Assembly: GCA_965214605.1 (NCBI GenBank)
Contig: OZ243961.1
Location: forward strand, 800,001-864,000
Direction of reading: 5' to 3'
Length of the DNA: 64,000 bases
Source of the DNA: an uncultured Candidatus Binatia bacterium
Lineage (GTDB): Bacteria; Desulfobacterota; Binatia; Bin18
The notes under the pieces are model-generated. The model made no database searches and was not told the origin of the DNA. It worked only from the letters and a program-made list of their open reading frames with translations. Within the stretch, counting starts at the first letter, position 1. Each line of letters opens with the position of its first letter. Positions 55,202 to 64,000 of this stretch are shown in pieces. The position numbers and the translations under genes are program-made.

Positions 55202-55606
55202 ATGCCACACGTCACCATCCTAGGATCGGTCGACCTACGTCAAATCATTATTCGCCGACCAGAGATGTTTCTCCGGGACCCCGATGGTATTAAACGGGTC
55301 AGTGAGTATTACACCAACACCGATTGCAGCAAACTGCTCCTCGAAGCCCTCGTGATTGAACCGGGGAAAAAACAACAGTTCTTTTTCCAAGTCAGCAAGA
55401 AGGCCAACGGGGCCCTAGTACGGCTTGATCCCATCAGCGGTGCGGAGAAAACGACGGGTGTGAAGCGATTAATGGGCCAGGTGGCGTTTGCCATCAAATC
55501 GCTGTTTCCAGGCTCGCGTTACGGCAAAACCAATATTGTCGATTTCATCCCCGATTACGAACGCCCGAGCGGATCGCGCGGCAAGAAACTCCGGGCGGTG
55601 GCCTAA
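55202..55606 (+). CDS. Hypothetical protein (134 aa)
   Basis: AAGGAGAG RBS, own promoter and protein-like composition (MPHVTILG...EKTTGVKR...GKTNI). Confidence 0.8.
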   Translation: MPHVTILGSVDLRQIIIRRPEMFLRDPDGIKRVSEYYTNTDCSKLLLEALVIEPGKKQQFFFQVSKKANGALVRLDPISGAEKTTGVKRLMGQVAFAIKSLFPGSRYGKTNIVDFIPDYERPSGSRGKKLRAVA

Positions 55607-55621
55607 AGGCCCGCCAGTGTT

Positions 55622-56602
55622 TCACCAGCCGAACCGTCCCCGCCGCCAAGCGTATAGGGCAAGCCTGATTTTACACCAGCTGCTGAGGCTTATGCGTCGG
55701 CCAAAGACCTGAAACTTCTGGGCGGCGATCTCGTCGAGTAGACGCCGATAGATGAAGTGCATGGCCTCGGCAGCGGCGAGGCTACGGCGGTCTTCTTCGG
55801 CCAGCTTGGCCGTAGCCTGCCGATAGTATTCTCGGGCTCGCTCTTGTTCAAAATTCATCAGCCGGACAAACGCCTCATTGTACACTCCGGCACACAACTC
55901 CTGTTCGCTATAGCCGTAGGCGGCCAAATCTTCAGCCGGCAGGTAAATCCGATCCCGTCCGGCGTCCTCGCCCACGTCACGCAGAATATTTGTTAACTGC
56001 AGCGCCAGACCCAGGTTTACGGCATAGTCCGGGGTTTGGGGATCGCGGTAACCAAAGATCTCAATGCAGATCAGCCCCACGAGACAGGCCACATGGTAGC
56101 AGTAGTCACGCAGTTCATCGAAGGTCTGATAGCGCGTGCGGTGGAGGTCCATCTCCACGCCATCGATAATCCCGGCCAGGTGGCGGCGCTCAATAGGGAA
56201 ACGCTGGCTTGCATCGGCCAGGGCTTGGGAGATGGGGTGGCGTGGCTTTTGATTATAGCAGTAGTCGAGTTCTTCCCGCCACAGGTCGAGCAGCCGGGTG
56301 AGGGCCTGGGTACGGCTGTCAGTCGTATCGGGCGCGCAGTTGGTGTGACGCGCCGCGTCCATCTGTGCCTCATGACCTGCGATATCGTCATCGGTGATAT
56401 CGTCCATGAACCGACAGAAGGCATAGGTAGCGCAGAGGGCGTTGTGGCGCTCTTTGGATAACAGATAGAAGGCGTAAGAGAAGTTTGAGGAGCTCTGGCG
56501 GGTTACCCGGCGGCAGTAGGCGTACGCCTCGGCAAGCGAAGTGGTGGGCCGAGATAGGATAAGAGGGCCGTGTTCCTCGGATCGTGGCGGAGTCTGGCTC
56601 AC
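55622..56602 (-). CDS. Squalene/phytoene synthase family, HpnD-like presqualene diphosphate synthase
   Basis: SSNFSYAF, YAFCRFMDDITD, YCYHVA and ALQLTNILRDVGEDAGRDRIYLP motifs. Confidence 0.88.
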   Translation of the reverse strand: MSQTPPRSEEHGPLILSRPTTSLAEAYAYCRRVTRQSSSNFSYAFYLLSKERHNALCATYAFCRFMDDITDDDIAGHEAQMDAARHTNCAPDTTDSRTQALTRLLDLWREELDYCYNQKPRHPISQALADASQRFPIERRHLAGIIDGVEMDLHRTRYQTFDELRDYCYHVACLVGLICIEIFGYRDPQTPDYAVNLGLALQLTNILRDVGEDAGRDRIYLPAEDLAAYGYSEQELCAGVYNEAFVRLMNFEQERAREYYRQATAKLAEEDRRSLAAAEAMHFIYRRLLDEIAAQKFQVFGRRISLSSWCKIRLALYAWRRGRFGW

Positions 56603-56645
56603 CGTGGGATCGTTTCAACACGCGCGCTTCTGCAGACGAGTCTTC

Positions 56646-57821
56646 TTAGGCCGCCGCCCCAGGTTGTACGCGCGCGATCAGTTGCCGGGCTTGGGCACGG
56701 GCCCAGCTGTCGACTTCGAGCAAACTGTCAAGGTCGGTCACCGCAGATGGCTCATGGGCGTCTAATACCCGCTCGTTGAGCGCCGCAATATCGGAGAAAC
56801 GCAGCTGCCCGTTCAGAAAATGCTCAACCGTTACCTCATTAGCCGCATTGAGCACAGCCGGACACGTCCCCCCCTGTCGCAGGGCCGTATAGGCCAAGCG
56901 GAGGCACGGGAATTTGTCAAAATCGGGGGCAAAAAACTCGAGCTGCGCCACCGCGGTCAGATCCAGACCGGGTAAGTGCTCAAGTGCTAGACGGTCGGGA
57001 TAGGCCAAAATGTACGAGATGGGGACGGCCATATCGGGAATCCCGAGCTGAGCCAGCACTGAGCCGTCAACATATTCGACCATCGAATGGACAATGCTCT
57101 GAGGATGGACGATCACCGATACCTGTTCGGGCGCCAGATCAAACAACCAGCGTGCCTCAATCACCTCAAGTCCCTTATTCATCAGGGTCGCCGAGTCGAT
57201 CGTAATCTTGTTCCCCATCTTCCAGGTCGGATGCCGCAGCGCCTCTTCAACGCTCACGTTAGCCAGCTCAGCAATCGGACGTTGTCGGAACGGACCGCCC
57301 GAGGCGGTCAGCAGAATACGTTTGAGCCGCTCGCGGGGGTGACCCTGGAGGGCCTGAAAGATGGCGTTGTGCTCGCTGTCTACCGGCAACAGGCTCACAC
57401 CGGCCTGCCGGGCCTCCCGCGTCATCAACTCGCCGGCAATGACCAGGGCTTCTTTGTTGGCCAGCGCAATGGTTTTCCCGGCCCGCACCCCTGCCAGGGT
57501 CGGCGGGAGTCCGAGCGCTCCGACAAGGGCGGCTATCAGCATGTCGGCCTCGGGATGGGTGGCTGTAGCCAACAGTCCTTCGGTCCCACACAGGATTGTA
57601 CCGCCAAAATGGGGCAATTGCTCTTTGAGCGCCCGTGCGTCGTCTTCATTGGCCAAGGACACCAAATCGGGCTGAAAATACTGAATCTGTTCCACCAATT
57701 TGGCCACATTACGGCCCGCAGCCAAAGCCACGACCTGAAATTGCTCAGGAAATCGTTCAACAATGGAAAGCGTTGTTACTCCAATCGAACCGGTTGAGCC
57801 CAGAACGGCCAGCTTTCTCAT
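56646..57821 (-). CDS. dxr: 1-deoxy-D-xylulose-5-phosphate reductoisomerase
   Basis: LGSTGSIG, LANKE, LPVDSEHNAIFQ, TASGGPFR, HPTWKMGNKITIDSAT and NAANE motifs. Confidence 0.97.
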   Translation of the reverse strand: MRKLAVLGSTGSIGVTTLSIVERFPEQFQVVALAAGRNVAKLVEQIQYFQPDLVSLANEDDARALKEQLPHFGGTILCGTEGLLATATHPEADMLIAALVGALGLPPTLAGVRAGKTIALANKEALVIAGELMTREARQAGVSLLPVDSEHNAIFQALQGHPRERLKRILLTASGGPFRQRPIAELANVSVEEALRHPTWKMGNKITIDSATLMNKGLEVIEARWLFDLAPEQVSVIVHPQSIVHSMVEYVDGSVLAQLGIPDMAVPISYILAYPDRLALEHLPGLDLTAVAQLEFFAPDFDKFPCLRLAYTALRQGGTCPAVLNAANEVTVEHFLNGQLRFSDIAALNERVLDAHEPSAVTDLDSLLEVDSWARAQARQLIARVQPGAAA

Positions 57822-57838
57822 CACCTTCCCCCACCTGC

Positions 57839-58351
57839 TCAGAGCGGCACCGCTCTACTCTTCCGCAACTCGTCCTGCTGATCAAACTGCTGTCCACGAC
57901 GAAGAGAGACCTGGGGTGATTCACCAACCCCCATAAACTGCATGCGTACCGAACGGGGACGGGGACCGTCGAGTTCGGCAAAAATAATCCGTTGAAATTG
58001 GCCTAACACAAGCTCCCCGTTTTCCACCTGCAAGGCGAGTGAACCGCCCAACATGATAGCCCGCAGATGCGCGGCCGCATTCTTGCGCTCACAATCGGAC
58101 AGGGCCGGATCGTTATGCTTATAGCCCGTCTTATCAGCCACAACCCGGCGCAGGAAGGCATCCACGTCATCCCATAACGCATCCTGGGTCTCGGTATAAA
58201 AGACACCGGTCGTGGTATGGAGGGTTGAAACCACCCCCATCCCATTCCTCACACCACTCTCAGCCACAAACTGTTTGACCTGCTGGGTCAGGTCAAACAG
58301 TTGGACTTGGGTTCTTGTGTCGAGTTGGATTGTCCTGGACTGAATAATCAT
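57839..58351 (-). CDS. YjbQ/UPF0047 family protein
   Basis: LHTTTG, YKHND, NAAAHLRA and LGQFQRIIFAELDGPRPR motifs. Confidence 0.9.
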   Translation of the reverse strand: MIIQSRTIQLDTRTQVQLFDLTQQVKQFVAESGVRNGMGVVSTLHTTTGVFYTETQDALWDDVDAFLRRVVADKTGYKHNDPALSDCERKNAAAHLRAIMLGGSLALQVENGELVLGQFQRIIFAELDGPRPRSVRMQFMGVGESPQVSLRRGQQFDQQDELRKSRAVPL

Positions 58352-58693
58352 GCAACACCTCCCCTTACGCTATCAGCCTAGCTCACCCCAAGCCCATCCT
58401 CCGGCGTGTTGAGGCAGCTCTTGTGGGTCTTTGTCTGAGTCGCCTGTTTCTTTCGGAACAAGTGCAGAGGGCAGCTGCTCACCATCTCCCTTAGATACTT
58501 CTTCTACTAACCGATCGGTCAGGAAATGACAAAAAAAGAGAGCGCAACCGCTCTCCGCCCTCGCTGTAGCGGATAATTTTAAAGCCTTGGACTCAGAGTG
58601 TCAATCGCCGCTGCGTGCTTGATCCCACGGTTTCTCCCCAGTCACAATCTTGATATCCTGCCTACAGAGCTCGGCCTGATAGGGAAGGTTAGC

Positions 58694-60031
58694 ATGTCGG
58701 ATCGTTCTAGAGCGCGCCGCAGTCTTCTTCTCGCACTCCTCATCGCCCTTCTGTCCGTCCCCCTCAATGGGGAAGCCCCGTATGCCGCGCCCGCGGCTGG
58801 GTCGCCAGGGCGGATTGCCTACATTGACCAAGCCGGAGACTTGTATACGGTCAAACCGGACGGCACCGACCGACGCCAACTTGCCTCTGGCGAATTGTTA
58901 CAGTCCGTTTCAATATCCGCCCCGTCTTCCTTTTCCTTTCACCAGATCCAGGCGCGGCAGGAAAAGCGCGCGGCGGCTTATAGTTGGCCGATCTGGTCAC
59001 CCCAGGGAGAACGTCTGGCCTGTTTTCGAATTGTTCTCGACGAGCACGGCCAGACCGGAGAGCTGTATATTTTTGACGTGACGAGTTCACAGGTCCTCAA
59101 CGTCTACACCGAGCGCGGTCTGCAGCCCATCTACGCCTACTGGTCCCCGAACGGACGATACCTCGCGGTGTTACGCAACCGGACCCACACCTTATCCTTG
59201 GACCTCTGGCCCTCTGCAGGCTGGCAAGCGCCCGCCATGATCGCCCAAGGCGCGCCCTTCTATTTTGACTGGCGAGCCGACGCCGAGGTCCTCCTCGTTC
59301 ACCACGGTCCGAGCGAGCGGCGTGGCCAGACCCCCGGCTATTCTGTCGGTCTGCTCAACATCAGGGACGGCCAACGCAAAACCGTGTCACACAGTCCAGC
59401 ATCGTTTGGTGCTCCGTCATGGTCTTTTGATAGCCGGTGGATGGCCTACGGCGATGACCGACAGCTGCCGGTCTCGCTCATGATTGCCCCGGCCGACGGC
59501 AGCAGCCCCAAGCCGTTTGCGAGTGTCTCGGAACGCATTGCGATTGGCTGGTCTCCAACCCAAGCCCTGGTTGCGGTTGCCACAACCTCAGTGGCGGGCT
59601 GGCCGGGATTCGAAGAACTGCGGCTTATCGACATTGCCAGTGGCCAGGTCCGCCGCTTGGTCAAAGATCATTTTACGGCCTATTTCTGGTCGCCCAACGG
59701 GAAACGGATTCTATACGCCCGGCATCGCCCCGGCACCCGGCTCGGCACCTGGATCGTTGTCGACGTAGCCAGTGGACAGGCAAACGCCGTTATCGACTTT
59801 GCCCCGTCCCGGGCCCAGCTCCAAGTGTTCCAATACTTCGACCAGTATGCCTTGTCGCATCGTCTGTGGTCACCCGATAGCGAACGTTTTGTTTTTTCGG
59901 GAAACGCCGGATCAGACGCCCACCCCCTGCTCGCGGTCCGCTCCCCTCAGGTATACGTGGTGGAGGCAAAACAAGGGACCAGCCCTCAAGTCGTGGCCAA
60001 CGGCGAGAGTGCCTTTTGGTCGCCGCGCTGA
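58694..60031 (+). CDS. Exported TolB-like/PD40 beta-propeller protein
   Basis: Signal peptide, GRIAY...DG and recurring WSP(N/D)G-type blades through the C-terminal FWSPR. Confidence 0.82.
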   Translation: MSDRSRARRSLLLALLIALLSVPLNGEAPYAAPAAGSPGRIAYIDQAGDLYTVKPDGTDRRQLASGELLQSVSISAPSSFSFHQIQARQEKRAAAYSWPIWSPQGERLACFRIVLDEHGQTGELYIFDVTSSQVLNVYTERGLQPIYAYWSPNGRYLAVLRNRTHTLSLDLWPSAGWQAPAMIAQGAPFYFDWRADAEVLLVHHGPSERRGQTPGYSVGLLNIRDGQRKTVSHSPASFGAPSWSFDSRWMAYGDDRQLPVSLMIAPADGSSPKPFASVSERIAIGWSPTQALVAVATTSVAGWPGFEELRLIDIASGQVRRLVKDHFTAYFWSPNGKRILYARHRPGTRLGTWIVVDVASGQANAVIDFAPSRAQLQVFQYFDQYALSHRLWSPDSERFVFSGNAGSDAHPLLAVRSPQVYVVEAKQGTSPQVVANGESAFWSPR

Positions 60032-60056
60032 AGATAGGCACTTTGTCTCCGTTTTT

Positions 60057-60073
60057 TGCCTAAAAAATCAGCA
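60057..60073 (+). promoter_or_regulatory. NtrC-type enhancer site (TGC-N11-GCA)
   Basis: TGCCTAAAAAATCAGCA about 70 bp upstream of a sigma54 promoter; flanked by the inverted pair GATAGGCA/TGCCTATC. Confidence 0.6.
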
Positions 60074-60141
60074 ATGCCTATCATTTACCCAGACTAAACC
60101 CATCTTGGGGACAAAAATTCACCAGTTTCCCAGTCTCCGCC

Positions 60142-60157
60142 TGGCACTCTCTTTGCT
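60142..60157 (+). promoter_or_regulatory. Sigma54 (-24/-12) promoter of amtB
   Basis: TGGCAC-TCTCT-TTGCT matches the TGGCAC-N5-TTGC consensus exactly. Confidence 0.85.
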
Positions 60158-60228
60158 GAGTACGAATGGACCCGGTCACCGTAGTGGCCTCACACGACTG
60201 CATTTTCGCTCAATTAAGGAGAGAGGAC

Positions 60229-61542
60229 ATGACGCATAGGGGAAAACGTTTTGCTTTGGGATTGGCGAGTTGTCTGGGTCTTTTGGTGTTCGGCACACGC
60301 GGGGCGCTGGCCCAGCAGGCGTCAACGATTGATAGCGGGGATACCACCTGGATGTTGACCTCTTCGGCCATCGTCCTGATGATGACCGCCCCGGGTCTAG
60401 CCTTGTTCTACGGGGGCTTAGTCCGTCGCAAGAACAGCCTGTCAACCATTATGCAGAGTTTTATCCTAATCGCCGTGATGAGTATCCAGTGGGTGTTGTG
60501 GGGCTATACGCTGGCTTTTGGTCCAGACATCGGCGGTCTCATCGGTAGTCTTGACTGGCTAGGGCTGGTCGGGGTCGGCGGTGAGCCGAGCGATTACGCC
60601 GCGACCATTCCCCACCAGGCATTCATGATCTTTCAGGGCATGTTTGCCATTATTACCCCAGCCCTCATTACCGGGGCGGTTGCCGACCGCATGAAGTTCA
60701 GCGGCTTCCTGGTCTTTATGGTGCTGTGGGCAACCTTTGTCTACGATCCGGTGGCTCACTGGGTATGGGGAGGCGGCTGGATTGGGGCTATGGGCGCCCT
60801 GGACTTTGCCGGGGGGACGGTTGTTCACATTAGCTCGGGCATTTCGGCTCTGGCCGCGGCAATCGTCCTGGGCAAGCGGCGTGGCTATCCTCAGGAGCCA
60901 ATGCCGCCGCATAATCTGCCGTTCACCGTCATTGGCGCCGCCCTGCTCTGGGTGGGCTGGTTTGGCTTTAATGCCGGCAGCGCCCTGGCTGCCGACGCCA
61001 TTGCCACCAGTGCTTTTGTGGCGACCAACACCGCCGCCGCCGCCGCAACCTTGGGCTGGATGTTCACCGAATGGGCGATCCGCGGCAAGCCAACCGTGCT
61101 CGGTGCGGCCAGCGGAGCGGTAGCCGGTCTGGTCGGGATTACTCCAGGAGCGGGCTTTGTGAGTCCTTTAGCCGCGCTGGTCATTGGCGCTATTACCGGG
61201 GTGTTGTGTTTCCTGGCCTGTAACATCAAGGGCCGTCTGGGCTACGACGACTCGCTTGATGTTGTTGGGATCCATGGCGTGGGCGGAACGGTCGGAGCGC
61301 TGCTCACCGGGGTGTTTGCCTCACCAGCTATCAACCAGGCCGGTGTGGGACTGTTGTACGGCAACCCGGGCCAGCTGTGGACCCAGTTTGTGTCTGTTGT
61401 CGCCACAATGGTGTACTGCTTTGTGGTCGCCTTTATTCTGCTGAAAATAGTGGATGCGACAGTCGGTCTGCGGGTGGATGAAGAGGAGGAGAACCTCGGT
61501 CTTGACCTGTCCCAGCACGGCGAGAACGCTTATACCATCTGA
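60229..61542 (+). CDS. amtB: Ammonium transporter
   Basis: PGLALFYGG, FQGMFAIIT, DFAGGTVVH, GWFGFNAGS, DDSLDVVGIHG and GLDLSQHGENAY motifs. Confidence 0.97.
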   Translation: MTHRGKRFALGLASCLGLLVFGTRGALAQQASTIDSGDTTWMLTSSAIVLMMTAPGLALFYGGLVRRKNSLSTIMQSFILIAVMSIQWVLWGYTLAFGPDIGGLIGSLDWLGLVGVGGEPSDYAATIPHQAFMIFQGMFAIITPALITGAVADRMKFSGFLVFMVLWATFVYDPVAHWVWGGGWIGAMGALDFAGGTVVHISSGISALAAAIVLGKRRGYPQEPMPPHNLPFTVIGAALLWVGWFGFNAGSALAADAIATSAFVATNTAAAAATLGWMFTEWAIRGKPTVLGAASGAVAGLVGITPGAGFVSPLAALVIGAITGVLCFLACNIKGRLGYDDSLDVVGIHGVGGTVGALLTGVFASPAINQAGVGLLYGNPGQLWTQFVSVVATMVYCFVVAFILLKIVDATVGLRVDEEEENLGLDLSQHGENAYTI

Positions 61543-61645
61543 GGGCTCGGCATCCTCGGTTTTCCGACGGTTTCCATCTACCCGTCATCTTTGCTGAGCA
61601 GTGGGCGTGCCGTCCGCTGCTCAAGGCAAACGCCCGCCTCTCGCT

Positions 61646-62470
61646 CTAGCCCTCCAGCGTCACCCGATAGCCAGCAAATTTTCGGACATTCAGCACCCCC
61701 GTATCAAACATCAGATACTGCCCTTTGATGCCGATGAGCGTCCCCTTGACCTCGGGTTGCTTGTCGAAATTGTGGGCGATCAGCCTCTGGGGATAACGCT
61801 GCACGGGAAACTTGAAGCGGCGGGTCGGCTCGGTCGGCAGCAGAACGATCCGCCCCTCGCCCGCGGTCTTGGTAATGTGGTCAATATCGTCCCGACACTG
61901 CTCGACCAGAGCGTCGCGCTGCGCCGGCATATCGCACCGCGGAGGGTCGCCTTTGAGCATCTTACGCCAGTTGGTTCGGTCGGCAACATAGTTTTTCATC
62001 GCCACCTCGACCAAGCCCGCCAGATAACGGCTCGCGGCCAGAAAAATAGGCAGGCCCTGGACCGCCCCCTGATCCAGCCAGCGGGTGGGAATCTGGGTAG
62101 CCCGGGTGATCCCGACCTTGAGCCCTGAGGAGTTGGCGAGATAGACGTAGTGGGGCTGCATACAGTGGGCCACGCCCCAGTCCGGCTGCCGACAGGTTCC
62201 TGCCGTATAGTGACACAACTCGGGTTTCACCATACAGACGTCACAGCTGGCCAAGCTCCGGAAACACGGATAACAGTGGCCTTGATGAAAGCTCTTTTTT
62301 GTCTTGCGGCCGCACGCAACACAGAAAATATCGCCCGAGAACCGTATCCGCAGCGTTGCGCCTAGCAGGGCGTTTAGCTCGAGCTGTTCTTCACCGACCG
62401 GTAAATCATAGCCAATTGGAGTCGTCGCAGCCGTACGCATCTTGGCTAAATCGCCGTGCAGCGTTCTCAC
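61646..62470 (-). CDS. DUF2797 domain-containing protein
   Basis: CVACGRKTKKSFHQGHCYPC, HYVYLANSSGLKVGITR...TRWLDQGA and GIKGQYLMFD motifs. Confidence 0.85.
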   Translation of the reverse strand: MRTLHGDLAKMRTAATTPIGYDLPVGEEQLELNALLGATLRIRFSGDIFCVACGRKTKKSFHQGHCYPCFRSLASCDVCMVKPELCHYTAGTCRQPDWGVAHCMQPHYVYLANSSGLKVGITRATQIPTRWLDQGAVQGLPIFLAASRYLAGLVEVAMKNYVADRTNWRKMLKGDPPRCDMPAQRDALVEQCRDDIDHITKTAGEGRIVLLPTEPTRRFKFPVQRYPQRLIAHNFDKQPEVKGTLIGIKGQYLMFDTGVLNVRKFAGYRVTLEG

Positions 62471-62518
62471 CCTGTATCCCCCTTTCCGCCCGTCTATTGG
62501 CGCGCGTCGAGTCCTAAA

Positions 62519-63310
62519 CTACTTCCCCCGCCACACGGGTTTGCGCTTCTCCAAAAACGCGCGAACCCCTTCTTGGAAGTCCTGGCTCATATAGGCGCGG
62601 ACAATCAGGTCTTCGCCCAGTTCGCCCTCTGGTATGCTGCGTCGATAGTGCTGTAAACGTCGGACCGCTTCCTTTGTCACCTCAAGGGTAATCGGGGCGT
62701 GGCCGGCAATCTCCTCAGCAACCTCCCGAACATGGGTATGCAGGCGTTCAGCCGGCACGATATCATTCACGAGCCCGATCTGGTGCGCCTCATCCGCACC
62801 AACGAGCCGGGCGCGAAACACCAAGTCCTTTGTGCGGGCCGGCCCCAGCATGTCTAACAGACGGGCGTACGCGGCCACCGACAAACAGTTGCCCAGGGTC
62901 CGGGCGATTGGCACTCCGATACGGCTGTCGGGCGTGCAGTAGCGTAAATCGCAGGCCAGAGCCAGTGCCGCACCACCGCCAACCGCCACCCCCTCAATGG
63001 CGGCAATAGTCGGCTTGTTGACCGCCTCGACCCGACGCAGGACACGCTCCAGCCGGCCTTCGTAGTCAATCGCGTCGTCCGGCGTCTGAAAGGCTTGAAA
63101 CTGGCCAATATCCGTTCCCGCCACAAACGCCTTCCCCCCGGCCCCACGAACAATCAGCACCCGGATATCGGACTCGGCATCGGTCTGCTCACACGCCTCG
63201 AGCAGGCCGTCATACATGGCCCAGGTCATAGCATTCCGAAACTCCGGCCGGTTAAAGGTTACCAGCGCAACCGCCCCCTGTCGCTCAAACAAAATCTCAG
63301 CTTGGCTCAC
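62519..63310 (-). CDS. Enoyl-CoA hydratase/isomerase family protein
   Basis: FNRPEFRNAM, AFVAGTDI, IAAIEGVAVGGG and DFQEGVRAFLEKRKP motifs; GTG start after GGAGGAGG. Confidence 0.92.
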   Translation of the reverse strand: MSQAEILFERQGAVALVTFNRPEFRNAMTWAMYDGLLEACEQTDAESDIRVLIVRGAGGKAFVAGTDIGQFQAFQTPDDAIDYEGRLERVLRRVEAVNKPTIAAIEGVAVGGGAALALACDLRYCTPDSRIGVPIARTLGNCLSVAAYARLLDMLGPARTKDLVFRARLVGADEAHQIGLVNDIVPAERLHTHVREVAEEIAGHAPITLEVTKEAVRRLQHYRRSIPEGELGEDLIVRAYMSQDFQEGVRAFLEKRKPVWRGK

Positions 63311-63396
63311 GCGCCTCCTCCCCTGTTTAGACTTCCTGACTGTTCGCTGCCCGACCTCCATTGTCCAACCCTGTTTCTTCCGATACTGCCTCAGCC

Positions 63397-64000
63397 ATGC
63401 ATTTTTTCAACACGCCGCTCGGCCGACTCGTTCTGACGAGTATCGGTGTAGTGGCGATCTCGACCGCGGCGCCGCTGATCAAACTCATCCCCGAGGTGCC
63501 GAGTATGCTGGTGGCAGCCTATCGGCTCGGCTTTGCCAGCCTGCTCCTGCTGCCGATCGGCTGGAGGCGGCGCCAAACGGTGACCGTCAGCCGCAAACAG
63601 AGCGCCCTGATGCTCGGAGCCGGTCTGTGCCTCGCGCTTCACTTTGTCAGCTGGATTGCCTCACTGCGCTACACCTCGGTTGCCAGTTCCGTCGTCCTGG
63701 TCACGCTCACCCCCCTGCTCCTCCCCCCGGCCGCCTACCTGATCTGGGGCGAACGGTTGACCCGTCTGCTCATCATCGGCATCGGCCTGGCCACCATTGG
63801 TATCGGGTGCATTGCCTGGAACGATTTTCAGCTCAGCCCGCCACAAGCTCTGTTCGGCGACCTGCTGGCCGCAGGAGGGGCGGTCATGATGTCGGCCTAT
63901 CTGGTATGCGGGCGGCTGGCCCGGCCGACCGTCCCCCTGCCGCTGTACGTCGGCCTGGTGTACACCTGTGCGGCACTCTTGTTGTGGACGGGGTGCCTGC
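63397..64000 (+). CDS. EamA/DMT family transporter, truncated at window edge
   Basis: Manual translation: MHFFNTPLGRLVLTSIGVVAISTAAPLIKL...AAYRLGFA...LALHFVSWIASLRYTSVASSVVLVTLTP...GDLLA. Confidence 0.88.
   Translation, partial: MHFFNTPLGRLVLTSIGVVAISTAAPLIKLIPEVPSMLVAAYRLGFASLLLLPIGWRRRQTVTVSRKQSALMLGAGLCLALHFVSWIASLRYTSVASSVVLVTLTPLLLPPAAYLIWGERLTRLLIIGIGLATIGIGCIAWNDFQLSPPQALFGDLLAAGGAVMMSAYLVCGRLARPTVPLPLYVGLVYTCAALLLWTGCL

Overview
This is a 64-kb, GC-rich stretch of bacterial chromosome with dense, mostly intact housekeeping and catabolic genes. Gene content tentatively suggests a Deltaproteobacteria/Binatia-like, possibly host-associated organism; this is an inference and untested. 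The left half is catabolic: three family-III CoA-transferases, a thiolase, an acyl-CoA ligase, an amidase, a Baeyer-Villiger monooxygenase, an LLM oxidoreductase, SDR/ADH enzymes and a carboxyltransferase. The right half is core: asnS, folE, rnpB, tRNA-Ile2, dnaG, rpsU, thiL, grpE-dnaK-dnaJ, recO, ppdK, aroE, hslO, ribB(X), hpnD, dxr and amtB. I found no transposase, integrase, reverse transcriptase, cas or phage genes. Four observations stand out. (1) Three 19-bp repeats with 59-60 bp periodicity and two unique 40-41 nt hairpin-forming spacers fill the 5' leader of tRNA-Ile(CAT); the last repeat abuts the tRNA 5' end exactly, at the site where rpoD normally sits. (2) An orphan AMIN-domain/TolC fusion follows rnpB. 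(3) Four gene-sized, GC-rich islands have no credible ORF (about 11.8-13.0, 22.6-23.1, 46.5-48.1 and 51.9-52.7 kb); they could be large ncRNAs, eroded genes or scrambled/artefactual sequence. (4) Two enzyme domains look catalytically dead: the RibBX GTP-cyclohydrolase domain and an Asp-less CoA-transferase subunit. All calls come from reading the sequence and motifs; no database searches were run.
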